From: Candidatus Saccharimonadales bacterium
GTDB lineage: Bacteria > Patescibacteriota > Saccharimonadia > Saccharimonadales > 2-12-FULL-41-12
Direction: 5' to 3'
Length of the DNA: 64,000 bases
Assembly (NCBI GenBank): GCA_035700225.1
Contig: DASSOT010000003.1
Coordinates: 111-64,110 of the forward strand
The notes under the pieces were generated by a model. The model was not told where the DNA came from. It did no database searches and saw only the letters and a list, made by a program, of their open reading frames with translations. Shown here piece after piece: positions 43,996 to 53,552 of this stretch. The position numbers and the translations under genes were made by a program. Positions within the stretch are counted from its first letter, which is position 1. Each line of letters opens with the position of its first letter.

Positions 43996-46464
43996 ATGAC
44001 CGAAGCACTAAAAGACAGAGCAGTAGACGCCGCCACAGATTACGTAGTCGACAGGCCTGTCACGGGAGGTTCGGACGGTTATGCGCATCACCACCATGGG
44101 CCTCAGCCTTTGGATTGGCCGGTTGAAACTCCAGCCGACGTATATGACGATAGGGAACCTTTGGGTGATGAATTTGAAGTTCCCAGTTCGGTGTCCGGGG
44201 GCGAGGTTGGCAGATATGCCGAAGAGTCGCAACAGGGCGGGATAGTCAGAAAATCACTCGGAAAGGTCGCTACGCGCTTCTTAAAGCGCGGCGAAGGTTA
44301 TGAAAAGCTGGCCAAGGCCAGACGCGACATACCGGGCGCATTGCACCAGCACGAAGGCGCAGACGCCGCCCCGCCGATTGATGCGCCGCCGCGGGACTAT
44401 AGGCGATGGGAAAGGGCGCGACGAAAGGATGCAAAAAATACCTTGCGTCATAACGACATCATCCAGGACCGACATGTCCTAATTGATCGAAGCCACTCTA
44501 CGCAAGGGTTGCGTTCGGGCAAGATGGTCCGAAACCGCATAACATGGCAAAAACGACAGAACGCCCTAGCGGAAGCGGCCAGTCAAGAGCCTAGCTATGG
44601 CTTTATATTTACGAAAGACGGAAGAAAAGTACCCACCATTTTTACCCCAACCTACCAGGAGCCTTTACTCGATCAGGACGACCATCTGCCCAAAGAAGAA
44701 CAGGCACGCATAGCGGCAGAAAACAAAAGGATAAAAGCAGAGAATAAGGCACGTCTTAAGACAACAGCTGGCAGACACGAAAAGCTGGGGAAGCTGGTAA
44801 AGGGTCTCGACCCTGACAAACCTATTGACGTTAATAATCCTCTGGATGTAAGAAGCGTACCGATTAACAATGAAGCCGCGACCCTGACTTCTGATGAAGC
44901 CGCAGAAGTTGAAACCGTAATGATGAACAGTGTTAATCCCGACCTAAAAAGGCAAGTAGATGCCGGCGTCCTCACTCGCGCAGAGGCAAAAAAGAAAGCT
45001 TCAGAAATAAGGGGCGTGATTGAAAACAGGCTACTAGTTACACGCTCTATGAAGCCTGATATCGAAAAAAAGGTTAAAAAAGAAGTTGATGACGACATAC
45101 GCGCGGGGACGGTAGCACCGGCAGACGCGGAAAAAGAAGTCAAAAAAAGAACCAACAAAGCAATCAAACAGGAACTGAGGCAAAGCCGCAGGAAAAAGAC
45201 AAAAGCTGGAAAGAAAATAAGGGACGACCGCGAGAAAGTCGAACAAATCAAATACTGGATGGGCCGGGCCGCCGAAGACTATGAAGAAACAAGCAATCCG
45301 AGCCCTATACCGGACCTGGACAACCCGGACCAGGCGATTGACCGCATAAATAACCGTACGCCTAACTGGGGCGGCAACCGGGCTAATGAAGCCAAGCAAC
45401 TGCGCAAATGGATGCGCTTGAACCGGGAATCACATCGCATACGCGAAAGACAGGAAGCCGTTTCCGAAGGCAGGGATTGGACCGGGCGCAGGTTCAAAAG
45501 GCAGTCAAAACGAAGGCGCAACGCCGCCAGCAAGATAGTCGGCGCCCAGAAAAACAGCGCCAGGGCCAGGACCAGGATAGGCGAAACCAGTGAGCAGGTA
45601 AAAGACAAAGCCCGATACAAGGCCCAGAGAGCTTCCATAAAAGCGCTGGGCAAAGCAACTGAAGCCTCCAGAAAAGTGCGCGGCAAGTTCGGCGAAATGG
45701 CCCACAAGATACACATGCGCGATTATGACAATACCAAGCTAAGCAAAAAGGCCGAGGAATTACGCACTCGTAGTTACAGGGATGCGCGACTGAAGGTACG
45801 CGCCGACAACCTATGGCTGAAAGACTATGGCGACACCCGCCTTGCTAGGCTAGGCCGTAAAAAGCCGAAGCTTCAGAAAGTCGCGGACAAACAACGGCAG
45901 TTCGGCGAGTTTCGAGCCAAGAAACTGGACAAGCTGGCTGACAGGCAGGAGCAGTTCGGCAGGTTCCGCGGCAAACAGGTCAAAAAAGCCGCTAAAGGCC
46001 AGGAAAAATTTGCAGACTATAGGCGCAAGAAATACAGGGGCGGCGCCATAAAGGCCGGCGAAGTAGCCGCTGAGTTTGACGCGCGCCGGCAACAGACCAA
46101 AACCCGAAAGAAAATAGCCGACAGAATCAGCAGAAGACGGGCGGTAGAAAGACGCGAGCGCCGACAGGGCGATGCCCACGATCAAGAATTCAGGGTAAGG
46201 GATAGAAGAAACCGTAACAAGGGCCATATAGACAAGATGGCTACCGACCAGAAGAAACTCAGGGAAGGTTTCGTCAAAGGATTCCCCGCCGACCGGGTTG
46301 AAGCTTTTGACGAACAGGTTGAGCGCCTGCGAGAGAGGATGGTTCAGGACTTTCAAGATACCCGCGGTAGAGACCCCTATCCGACTGAAGGCGCCCGTCT
46401 GCTTTATAGGGCTACGCAAGGAGCCATCCGGGCTACACGCGCTAGCGGTTCCACCGGCCCTTAG
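43996..46464 (+). CDS. Large Arg/Lys-rich helical hypothetical protein
   Basis: 822-aa ORF with no TM or signal peptide; acidic N-terminus, very basic C-terminal half with internal repeats. Confidence 0.75.
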   Translation: MTEALKDRAVDAATDYVVDRPVTGGSDGYAHHHHGPQPLDWPVETPADVYDDREPLGDEFEVPSSVSGGEVGRYAEESQQGGIVRKSLGKVATRFLKRGEGYEKLAKARRDIPGALHQHEGADAAPPIDAPPRDYRRWERARRKDAKNTLRHNDIIQDRHVLIDRSHSTQGLRSGKMVRNRITWQKRQNALAEAASQEPSYGFIFTKDGRKVPTIFTPTYQEPLLDQDDHLPKEEQARIAAENKRIKAENKARLKTTAGRHEKLGKLVKGLDPDKPIDVNNPLDVRSVPINNEAATLTSDEAAEVETVMMNSVNPDLKRQVDAGVLTRAEAKKKASEIRGVIENRLLVTRSMKPDIEKKVKKEVDDDIRAGTVAPADAEKEVKKRTNKAIKQELRQSRRKKTKAGKKIRDDREKVEQIKYWMGRAAEDYEETSNPSPIPDLDNPDQAIDRINNRTPNWGGNRANEAKQLRKWMRLNRESHRIRERQEAVSEGRDWTGRRFKRQSKRRRNAASKIVGAQKNSARARTRIGETSEQVKDKARYKAQRASIKALGKATEASRKVRGKFGEMAHKIHMRDYDNTKLSKKAEELRTRSYRDARLKVRADNLWLKDYGDTRLARLGRKKPKLQKVADKQRQFGEFRAKKLDKLADRQEQFGRFRGKQVKKAAKGQEKFADYRRKKYRGGAIKAGEVAAEFDARRQQTKTRKKIADRISRRRAVERRERRQGDAHDQEFRVRDRRNRNKGHIDKMATDQKKLREGFVKGFPADRVEAFDEQVERLRERMVQDFQDTRGRDPYPTEGARLLYRATQGAIRATRASGSTGP

Positions 46465-46521
46465 CCGTTTTTCCTGGTTGAGCTTGTTAAAATACTAATG
46501 GTAAACTGTTAAACAGTTCCT

Positions 46522-47526
46522 ATGGCAACATACAAAGTAATCCAGGACATAGAGGCCGAAGATAAGTTCGTAGGCCCGCTGACGCTGAAACAATTCGTTT
46601 TTGCTATGTTCGGCGCGCTTTTTGCATATCTGTCGTTCTTCGTACTTACCAAAGGCCTGGCATGGGGTCTAATAGCCACTATGCCGCCTTCTCTTTTCGG
46701 ATTTTTCATGGCCGTGCCGTGGAGTAGTGAACAACCTACGGATATATGGGTGCTGGCAAAGATACGTTTCAGACTGAAACCAAAAAAACGCATCTGGGAC
46801 CAAAGCGGCATGCAGGAGCTTGTGACCATAACCGCCCCCAAGAAGGAAGAAAAGCCCCTGACCAAAAATATGTCGCAGGCCGAAGTAAAAAGCCGGCTGA
46901 AGGCACTGGCCGAAACGATTGACAGTCGAGGCTGGATTATCAAGGATTCCCCGGATAGTTTCGTGGCCGAAGAAGCTAGCGACCGCTTGATAGACCCGGG
47001 CATAATGCCGAGGCAGGTGCCTGACGTTGATATGGCCGCCATACCGGATATGCTTGAGGAAGAGCACGGTCTGGACAGCATGATTCAGCAGAGCGATGAG
47101 GCCAGAAAAGCCCAACTTATGGAAAAGATGAACCGTATCAGGCAGGGCGAGTCCGTAATTGCCACCGAGGAGCCGGAGCCCGTCGTTTCCCCGCCTGACG
47201 AAAACACTGAAAACGCGCTTGATGAAGCGGTTTTGAGCGCCAGCCTGAGAGCAAAGAAGCAGGCCGGAGATATATCAAGAGGCAACATGCATGCCATACC
47301 GGCCAGCCAGCCAGTAGCGCAGACAAGCCAGCCTGCGGGACAGGATGAAGGTGCAGAGGAAGCGGAGCAAACAGAGGTAGAAAAAGCACAAGCGTCTGTG
47401 ACAGAACAGAGAAGGCCTGATATACTGGACTTAGCCCGGAACAACGATCTGAACGTATCAACTATTGCGAGGCAAGCCAGCAATAAAGACAAAGGTCCGG
47501 ATGAAGTCGTTATTGCCCTTCACTAG
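46522..47526 (+). CDS. PrgI-family (VirB3-like) protein
   Basis: YKVIQDIEAEDKFVGPLTLKQF, two TMs and EQPTD..W. Confidence 0.85.
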   Translation: MATYKVIQDIEAEDKFVGPLTLKQFVFAMFGALFAYLSFFVLTKGLAWGLIATMPPSLFGFFMAVPWSSEQPTDIWVLAKIRFRLKPKKRIWDQSGMQELVTITAPKKEEKPLTKNMSQAEVKSRLKALAETIDSRGWIIKDSPDSFVAEEASDRLIDPGIMPRQVPDVDMAAIPDMLEEEHGLDSMIQQSDEARKAQLMEKMNRIRQGESVIATEEPEPVVSPPDENTENALDEAVLSASLRAKKQAGDISRGNMHAIPASQPVAQTSQPAGQDEGAEEAEQTEVEKAQASVTEQRRPDILDLARNNDLNVSTIARQASNKDKGPDEVVIALH

Positions 47527-47571
47527 GCCGGCTTCGCTTGAAAGATCAAAACATGAAAAGGGTGGAAAAGG

Positions 47572-48444
47572 ATGAATCCTTCCCAGCAAAATGCTAACGC
47601 TCAACCGAATATAAATTTACAGACACCCCAGCATTCAGGCGCTGAGGTTGTGCAGAATGCCCAGCCCGCGAACCCCGCCCAGCCCGCAGGACAGATTCCG
47701 GCAAAACCGGCAGTAAATACCAACAGCACCCAGAACAACCTTCAGATAGCCGAGATACGCGACGGTATAGTTATCATGAACGACGGTTCTTTCCGTTCCG
47801 TGGTCATGTTCAAGTCCATCAACTTTGATCTTATGAGCCCCGACGAGCGCGAAGGGGTCGAATATGCATACCAAAGCTTCTTGAACTCGCTTTATTTTCC
47901 TATACAGATATTCGTCCGTTCCGAAAAAGTCGACATGAGGCCGTACATGGAAAGATTACAGAAGATTCAGAACGAACATGACAACATGCTCCTGGCTATC
48001 CTGATGGACGATTACCTCGGTTATATAGAACAATTGTCGGCTCAGACCAACATAATGGACAAGCATTTCTATGTCGTCATACCCTTTTTGCCCAGCGAAT
48101 CCAAGGAACATACGCTTACATCCAGCAAAAATATATTGGATGGAGTGATAGGGCTTTTCAGCAAATCTCCGACACATGTGGTCATCAACGAAGCCAAGCT
48201 GGAAGAAGCCAAGACTGAACTGCGCAACCGAGTCCAGGCTGTGTTGAGCGGTCTGCTTGACTGCGGAGTTCAGGGCTTGCCGCTGGACACGGAAGAGCTT
48301 ATCGAGCTTTATTACGACACCTATAACCCCGACACGGCCACCAGACAACATCTGCAAAGGTTCAAGGATCTTTCTGCGCCGGTAGTAACCAAGGGCGAAG
48401 GGCAGGCGCCACAGCCCGACCTGGATAAGGAGCTCGAAACGTAG
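47572..48444 (+). CDS. T4SS-associated protein (TraC/VirB4 N-terminal-like)
   Basis: STQNNLQIAEIRDGIVIM, SINFDLMS and FLNSLYFPIQI; lies between prgI and virB4. Confidence 0.75.
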   Translation: MNPSQQNANAQPNINLQTPQHSGAEVVQNAQPANPAQPAGQIPAKPAVNTNSTQNNLQIAEIRDGIVIMNDGSFRSVVMFKSINFDLMSPDEREGVEYAYQSFLNSLYFPIQIFVRSEKVDMRPYMERLQKIQNEHDNMLLAILMDDYLGYIEQLSAQTNIMDKHFYVVIPFLPSESKEHTLTSSKNILDGVIGLFSKSPTHVVINEAKLEEAKTELRNRVQAVLSGLLDCGVQGLPLDTEELIELYYDTYNPDTATRQHLQRFKDLSAPVVTKGEGQAPQPDLDKELET

Positions 48445-50357
48445 TGGGTATTTTTAAGAAAAAACAGACCGTCCCCTTGGATCCTGCCACAGCGGCGCAG
48501 GCGCAGAAAATGCGCGAAGAACAAGAGGTAGCCGCCGCCTTTCAAAAGGGCATAACGGCACTGCGCGATTTTATTGCTCCCAGCTCCATAGAGTACAGCG
48601 CTACGAGCTTTACCCTAGGCACCCGCTACGCCAGGAACTACTACGTATACGGTTACCCCCGACAGCTCTCGACCGGCTGGCTCAGCAGTATGGTAAATCT
48701 GGACGAGGTAATCGACCTTTCTTTGTACATTTATCCCGTGGAAAGCCAGGTAGTTCTGGAAAACCTGCGCAAAAAAGTGGCCCAGCTGGAAGCAGGCATA
48801 CAGATAGATATGGAAAAGGGCCGCGTGCGCGACCCGGGCAAGCAGAACGCCATCATGGATGCCGAAGAAATGCGCGACAAACTGCAGGTGGGCGAGGAGC
48901 GCTTTTTCCGCTTTGGGCTGTACTTTACCGTATACGGCTCGTCCATGGACGAGTTGGAATTTATATCACATAAGATTGAGTCCATTTTGGGGCAACAACT
49001 GGTCTATTCCAAACCCGCAAGCTCACAGCAGGAACAAGGCTTCAACAGCACAATCCCGCAATTTTTCGACCAGCTACAGATACGCAGGAACATGAACACC
49101 GGCGCAATAAGCACCAGCTTTCCGTTCACCAGTGCCGACTTAAGCCAGGAAGACGGAATCCTATACGGCATCAATATGCACAATTCCGGCCTGGTCATAT
49201 TTGACAGATTTACCCTGGAAAACGGCAATGCGGTAGTCTTTGCAAAGTCAGGCGCCGGCAAAAGCTTCGCCGTAAAGCTCGAGGCACTGCGTAGCTTGAT
49301 GCTCGGCACGGAAGTGTTCATAGTCGACCCGGAAAACGAATACCAGAGGATGTGCGAGGCTGTCGGCGGAGCTTATGTACGGCTCAGCCTGAACTCGGCT
49401 ACCCGCATAAATCCTTTTGATTTGCCGAAAGTGGTGGACTCCGATGAAGCCGACAGCGCACTTAGAAGCAATCTTATAACCCTTCACGGCCTGCTCAGGC
49501 TTATGATGGGCGGAGCGGCCTCTCAGGCCAGCGGCGGCGCCGTCGACGCGGTCCTGAACGCTTCGGAAGAAGCCGACCTGGATGCGGCACTGATAGAAAC
49601 CTACGCCAAAGCCGGTATCACCAACGACCCTCTCACGCACAACTCCGCTCCTCCTACCATTACAGATCTTTATGACACCTTGCTCCATATGGGCGGGAGC
49701 GGCCCTGAGCTGGCGCAAAGACTGCGTAAATACACATCGGGTACTTTTGCCGGCATATTCTCCCAACAGAGCAACATAAACATCGACAACCCGATGGTCG
49801 TATTCAATATCCGCGACCTGGAAGACGAACTGCGCCCGGTAGCCATGTACATAGTGCTTAATTACATCTGGAACAAGACCAAGAGTGACCAGAAACGTCG
49901 CCTGCTGGTGATAGACGAAGCATGGCAATTGATGAAATACGAGGACAGCGCCAGCTTTATGTTCTCTCTGGCTAAAAGAGCTCGAAAATACAATCTCGGT
50001 ATATCGACCATATCCCAGGACGTTGAAGATTTCATGGGTTCCCGCCTGGGGCGCGCCATAGTCGCCAACTCCTCTATGCAATTATTGCTCAAACAGTCGC
50101 CTTCGGCGGTTGACGTACTGGCAGATGTCTTCAAGCTCACCAGCGAAGAAAGAAAACGCCTGAGCGGCTTTCCGGTCGGCCAGGGCCTGTTTTTCGCCGG
50201 GCAGAACCATGTGCACATAAATATCCTGGCCAGTCCGACGGAACAGGGGCTTATCACTACCAATCCGGATGAGATTAAGCAGTTGGAACAGGCAGGCGAA
50301 CTGGCCGACGCGCAGGGAACCATTGATCTGGAGAACCGCTTGAGCCCGGGAATGTGA
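48444..50357 (+). CDS. virB4: VirB4-family ATPase
   Basis: FPFTS, Walker A AKSGAGKS, IVDPENEY, RINPFD, VIDEAW and RARKY..ISQ. Confidence 0.92.
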   Translation: MGIFKKKQTVPLDPATAAQAQKMREEQEVAAAFQKGITALRDFIAPSSIEYSATSFTLGTRYARNYYVYGYPRQLSTGWLSSMVNLDEVIDLSLYIYPVESQVVLENLRKKVAQLEAGIQIDMEKGRVRDPGKQNAIMDAEEMRDKLQVGEERFFRFGLYFTVYGSSMDELEFISHKIESILGQQLVYSKPASSQQEQGFNSTIPQFFDQLQIRRNMNTGAISTSFPFTSADLSQEDGILYGINMHNSGLVIFDRFTLENGNAVVFAKSGAGKSFAVKLEALRSLMLGTEVFIVDPENEYQRMCEAVGGAYVRLSLNSATRINPFDLPKVVDSDEADSALRSNLITLHGLLRLMMGGAASQASGGAVDAVLNASEEADLDAALIETYAKAGITNDPLTHNSAPPTITDLYDTLLHMGGSGPELAQRLRKYTSGTFAGIFSQQSNINIDNPMVVFNIRDLEDELRPVAMYIVLNYIWNKTKSDQKRRLLVIDEAWQLMKYEDSASFMFSLAKRARKYNLGISTISQDVEDFMGSRLGRAIVANSSMQLLLKQSPSAVDVLADVFKLTSEERKRLSGFPVGQGLFFAGQNHVHINILASPTEQGLITTNPDEIKQLEQAGELADAQGTIDLENRLSPGM

Positions 50358-50385
50358 ACATTAGCAAAAACTGAAAGAACAAAAA

Positions 50386-53300
50386 ATGGCAGATGACCCC
50401 GCCGAAAAACCAGATGGAGTATACGACGAGCCCGGCGCGTCAGACCTGCAGGTACCTAGTGGGAGCGGCTATATGCCAAGGGGAGAAAAGCCGCGGCGCA
50501 CACCGCACGAACCGGTTTATGAAGATGATTCCGATGGCCAGGTAGCCCAAGCCGGTATGGGCCCTCCAGGGCAGGGCGGGGATGAACACGGCGGGCGCAG
50601 AAGACTGGGCTCCCCCAGCTGGGCCGACCGTATGCGCCAGCGCAGAAGCATGGCCAACCGGCGGCAAGGCCGGGGGCACGGTAGGAGCCGCGGCGACATC
50701 AACAACTCGGAAGAAAACGCCGAGGAACCGGCTCCAACCAGGGCTGACGACAAAGAAAGGTCGCAGGTCGGCGATGGTGGCGGCGAAGAAGACAAAGGCT
50801 CAAGCCTTTACAACCCTACAGATGCCGCTCTTCCGGCAAATGTCAGGATAGCCAAACAGCTGGCCAAGGCTTTCATGAGCAAAAAGGGCAGGAGAGGCAT
50901 GACCGCAGGCGGAGTCGTCGGGCTGGTATTCTTCCTTTTCAGCCTGGCGCACGGCCCGCTGGAAATAATCCACATAGGGATGCTGTTGCAAAAAGCCCAT
51001 TTCAGCAACCAGGAAGGCGTCGGCGACCTGACTATGAGCAGGCTTTACCGCTTCATCAGAAGTGGCGGCGATGTGGGCGAAACCCGCATAGGCTGGTACG
51101 AAAGCCGGGTGAAGAACAAAATGCTGGCAGATTTGAAGAAAATCGGCCTGGAGCCTGAATTCACAAGCGCCAGCAGTATTTATGAATCATTCAAGGTAGA
51201 CACTACCGACAGCAAAAGCCCTTATTACAACATGACTGAGGACGAACTAAGAACAGAGCTATCCAAAAAAGGCTACGATTTCGACGGTACGAGCGAAGTA
51301 TCCAAAGGAAAATACAGCGTAAAGCTGGGCAATGATTTTACAAGGAGAAAATCTCTCACGCTACTGGTCAAGGAAACCGGCAGGAAGGGCTTGTTCGCCT
51401 CTTTGAAGGCCCGTCCGTTAAAGAAATACGGCTGGGTGGATTGGCACCCTATACATCCTTTGGACCGCAAGGTCAACGACTCTATAGATAAGCTTTACAA
51501 GAATTGGAAGCAAAAGAGGGCTGAAAAAAGAGCCGGGCGGGGTAAGCCCGCGACCATCGACAGCACCAATGCCAAAGAACAGACGGTAGACGCCGACGGA
51601 AACACCGTAGATAATCCTATAGCCGATGGTAGCGTACAAACCGTGGACGACACGAGCAAAAGCGCCCAATTGATACAGGATCTGAAAACCAGTAGCGGGC
51701 TTAAGATTACCGGAGGCGTTGCCGCCGCGGCGGGTGTTGCCTGCGCGGTAAAGGAAATAAATGATAATTACAGCCTCATACAATACCTGGACTTCATCAA
51801 ACCCGTCATACAGATAGGTATGGACGCCGTTACCATCGCAAACCAGGCTATGAGCGGAGTGGGCGGTATAGACCTGTTGCAAGCTGGTTTTGTTGCACGC
51901 GATTTTCTGCAAAAAGACAAGGACACAGGCAAGGTCGTGTCCTCTTGGGATGAGGCAAAGACATTCCGTGCGGGAGAGGGCAAAAAAGGCGGTAAGGACC
52001 TGGACAAACGCACCAAGGAAGAGTTTTCAAAAGGGGCGCCCTGGTGGATAAACTGGACAGGCAAAGACCCGGCAAAAGGTGTGCTCAAGCCTTTGTGCTC
52101 AACAGCCGGAACAATTGCTACCGGCGCCATCAGCGTCGGGATTGATGTAATCACCGGCCACAGCGTTTCTACGCTCGCTAACCTTGTAGGGAGCTATTTT
52201 GCCGGACCGGTAATAATAGACAAGATTAGCCATCTCCTGGTCGGGGATGCGCTTGATTTGGACAATGTAGCCGGTGCAACATGGGGCAATCTGGCCAATT
52301 ACGGGACGCGTTTTGCGGCCAACGGCATGGCTCTTTTGGACGGCGGGGTGAAATTGACGCATTTGGATGAGATTGCCCTGAACAACGAACGCTTGCAGGA
52401 TGAACAGCAGGAATTCAACAACCGTAGTTTCGCATATAGAATGTTTAACCCCTACGACACTCGCTCTCTGGCATCCGCCGTCATAGACGATACGCCGGCC
52501 CTGTCGATGAACAACCTTTCCAGCGTATTCCAAAGCTTCCCGAGCCTGTTTTCGTCCGCCTTCAAGTTCCCCTCCGGCTTGTTATCCGGTACTGTTTCGG
52601 CACAACGCTTTACTGCCCCGCCCTATGACTATCCCTTTCCCTCCATAGGCTTCAGCATAGAAGATCGCGACAACAGCAAAGTGATAGACCCGATAGAAAA
52701 TGACCATAAGGTCGCCAAGATACTTGATAACAACGGAGAAGGCGGCAATCCGGACTACATAGAGCGCGCAAAGGAATGCTTCAACGTCGATATAAAGAAG
52801 GAAAGCGCTGGCGGATGGAACGCAACTCCCGGGGAGAATGACGACGAGTTCTTCAGCAAACTCTATACGGATGAATACCCCGACGGCTGTACTGACAAAA
52901 GCCTCGAGTGGATACGGGTAAGGAGTTTCATTCTGCAGGTACAGACCATGAAGGCCTACGCCTGTTGGGCGGATGACGAAGAAGCTTGTGCCGAGCTTGG
53001 CTACAACGATAGCTCTGTAACTGGCGGCGGCTCTCCGGGCGTTTTACCGAGCGGCTCCGCGCAGGCATTAGCTGGCCAGCTAATCGGTTTCATAAACAGC
53101 GGCAAGATTTCCTGCAACGGCCAGGCTAGCGACTGTCCTGATATCAAAAATACAGCCAACGGCACCAGCATAAAAGGCGGGGCCTGTAACGTCGATGCGC
53201 TGGACGCAAAGCTTTTGGGGATGATGCTGGAGCTCGCCCAGATGGGACATACGTTCGTGTTCTCGGCTCTTTGTACTGATCATCCCAGCAATCCGGCCAG

Positions 53301-53550
53301 CTATCATCATCTCGGCAAAGCGGCTGACTTTAACTATATCGATGGTGTTTTCATGGGGCCTAGTGACTCGGCCTGGACGGGCGAAAAGCTCAGCGTAGGC
53401 AAGAAACTTGACCAAGATGTGGCGTCCTTTATGCCTAAGAGTACCGGCTTTGGCCAGGAAGGTGGCAGATGCCACCCACATTTTAATTTCCTGGACGGCT
53501 TCGACACCTTTGACGACGCCTGCCACCATCAACACATACAAGTGGAGTAG
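50386..53550 (+). CDS. Large membrane protein with a C-terminal M15-like Zn peptidase domain
   Basis: Disordered N-terminus and TM; C-terminal SYHHLGKAADF...HQHIQV (H-x6-D...HxH). Confidence 0.7.
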   Translation: MADDPAEKPDGVYDEPGASDLQVPSGSGYMPRGEKPRRTPHEPVYEDDSDGQVAQAGMGPPGQGGDEHGGRRRLGSPSWADRMRQRRSMANRRQGRGHGRSRGDINNSEENAEEPAPTRADDKERSQVGDGGGEEDKGSSLYNPTDAALPANVRIAKQLAKAFMSKKGRRGMTAGGVVGLVFFLFSLAHGPLEIIHIGMLLQKAHFSNQEGVGDLTMSRLYRFIRSGGDVGETRIGWYESRVKNKMLADLKKIGLEPEFTSASSIYESFKVDTTDSKSPYYNMTEDELRTELSKKGYDFDGTSEVSKGKYSVKLGNDFTRRKSLTLLVKETGRKGLFASLKARPLKKYGWVDWHPIHPLDRKVNDSIDKLYKNWKQKRAEKRAGRGKPATIDSTNAKEQTVDADGNTVDNPIADGSVQTVDDTSKSAQLIQDLKTSSGLKITGGVAAAAGVACAVKEINDNYSLIQYLDFIKPVIQIGMDAVTIANQAMSGVGGIDLLQAGFVARDFLQKDKDTGKVVSSWDEAKTFRAGEGKKGGKDLDKRTKEEFSKGAPWWINWTGKDPAKGVLKPLCSTAGTIATGAISVGIDVITGHSVSTLANLVGSYFAGPVIIDKISHLLVGDALDLDNVAGATWGNLANYGTRFAANGMALLDGGVKLTHLDEIALNNERLQDEQQEFNNRSFAYRMFNPYDTRSLASAVIDDTPALSMNNLSSVFQSFPSLFSSAFKFPSGLLSGTVSAQRFTAPPYDYPFPSIGFSIEDRDNSKVIDPIENDHKVAKILDNNGEGGNPDYIERAKECFNVDIKKESAGGWNATPGENDDEFFSKLYTDEYPDGCTDKSLEWIRVRSFILQVQTMKAYACWADDEEACAELGYNDSSVTGGGSPGVLPSGSAQALAGQLIGFINSGKISCNGQASDCPDIKNTANGTSIKGGACNVDALDAKLLGMMLELAQMGHTFVFSALCTDHPSNPASYHHLGKAADFNYIDGVFMGPSDSAWTGEKLSVGKKLDQDVASFMPKSTGFGQEGGRCHPHFNFLDGFDTFDDACHHQHIQVE

Positions 53551-53552
53551 TC

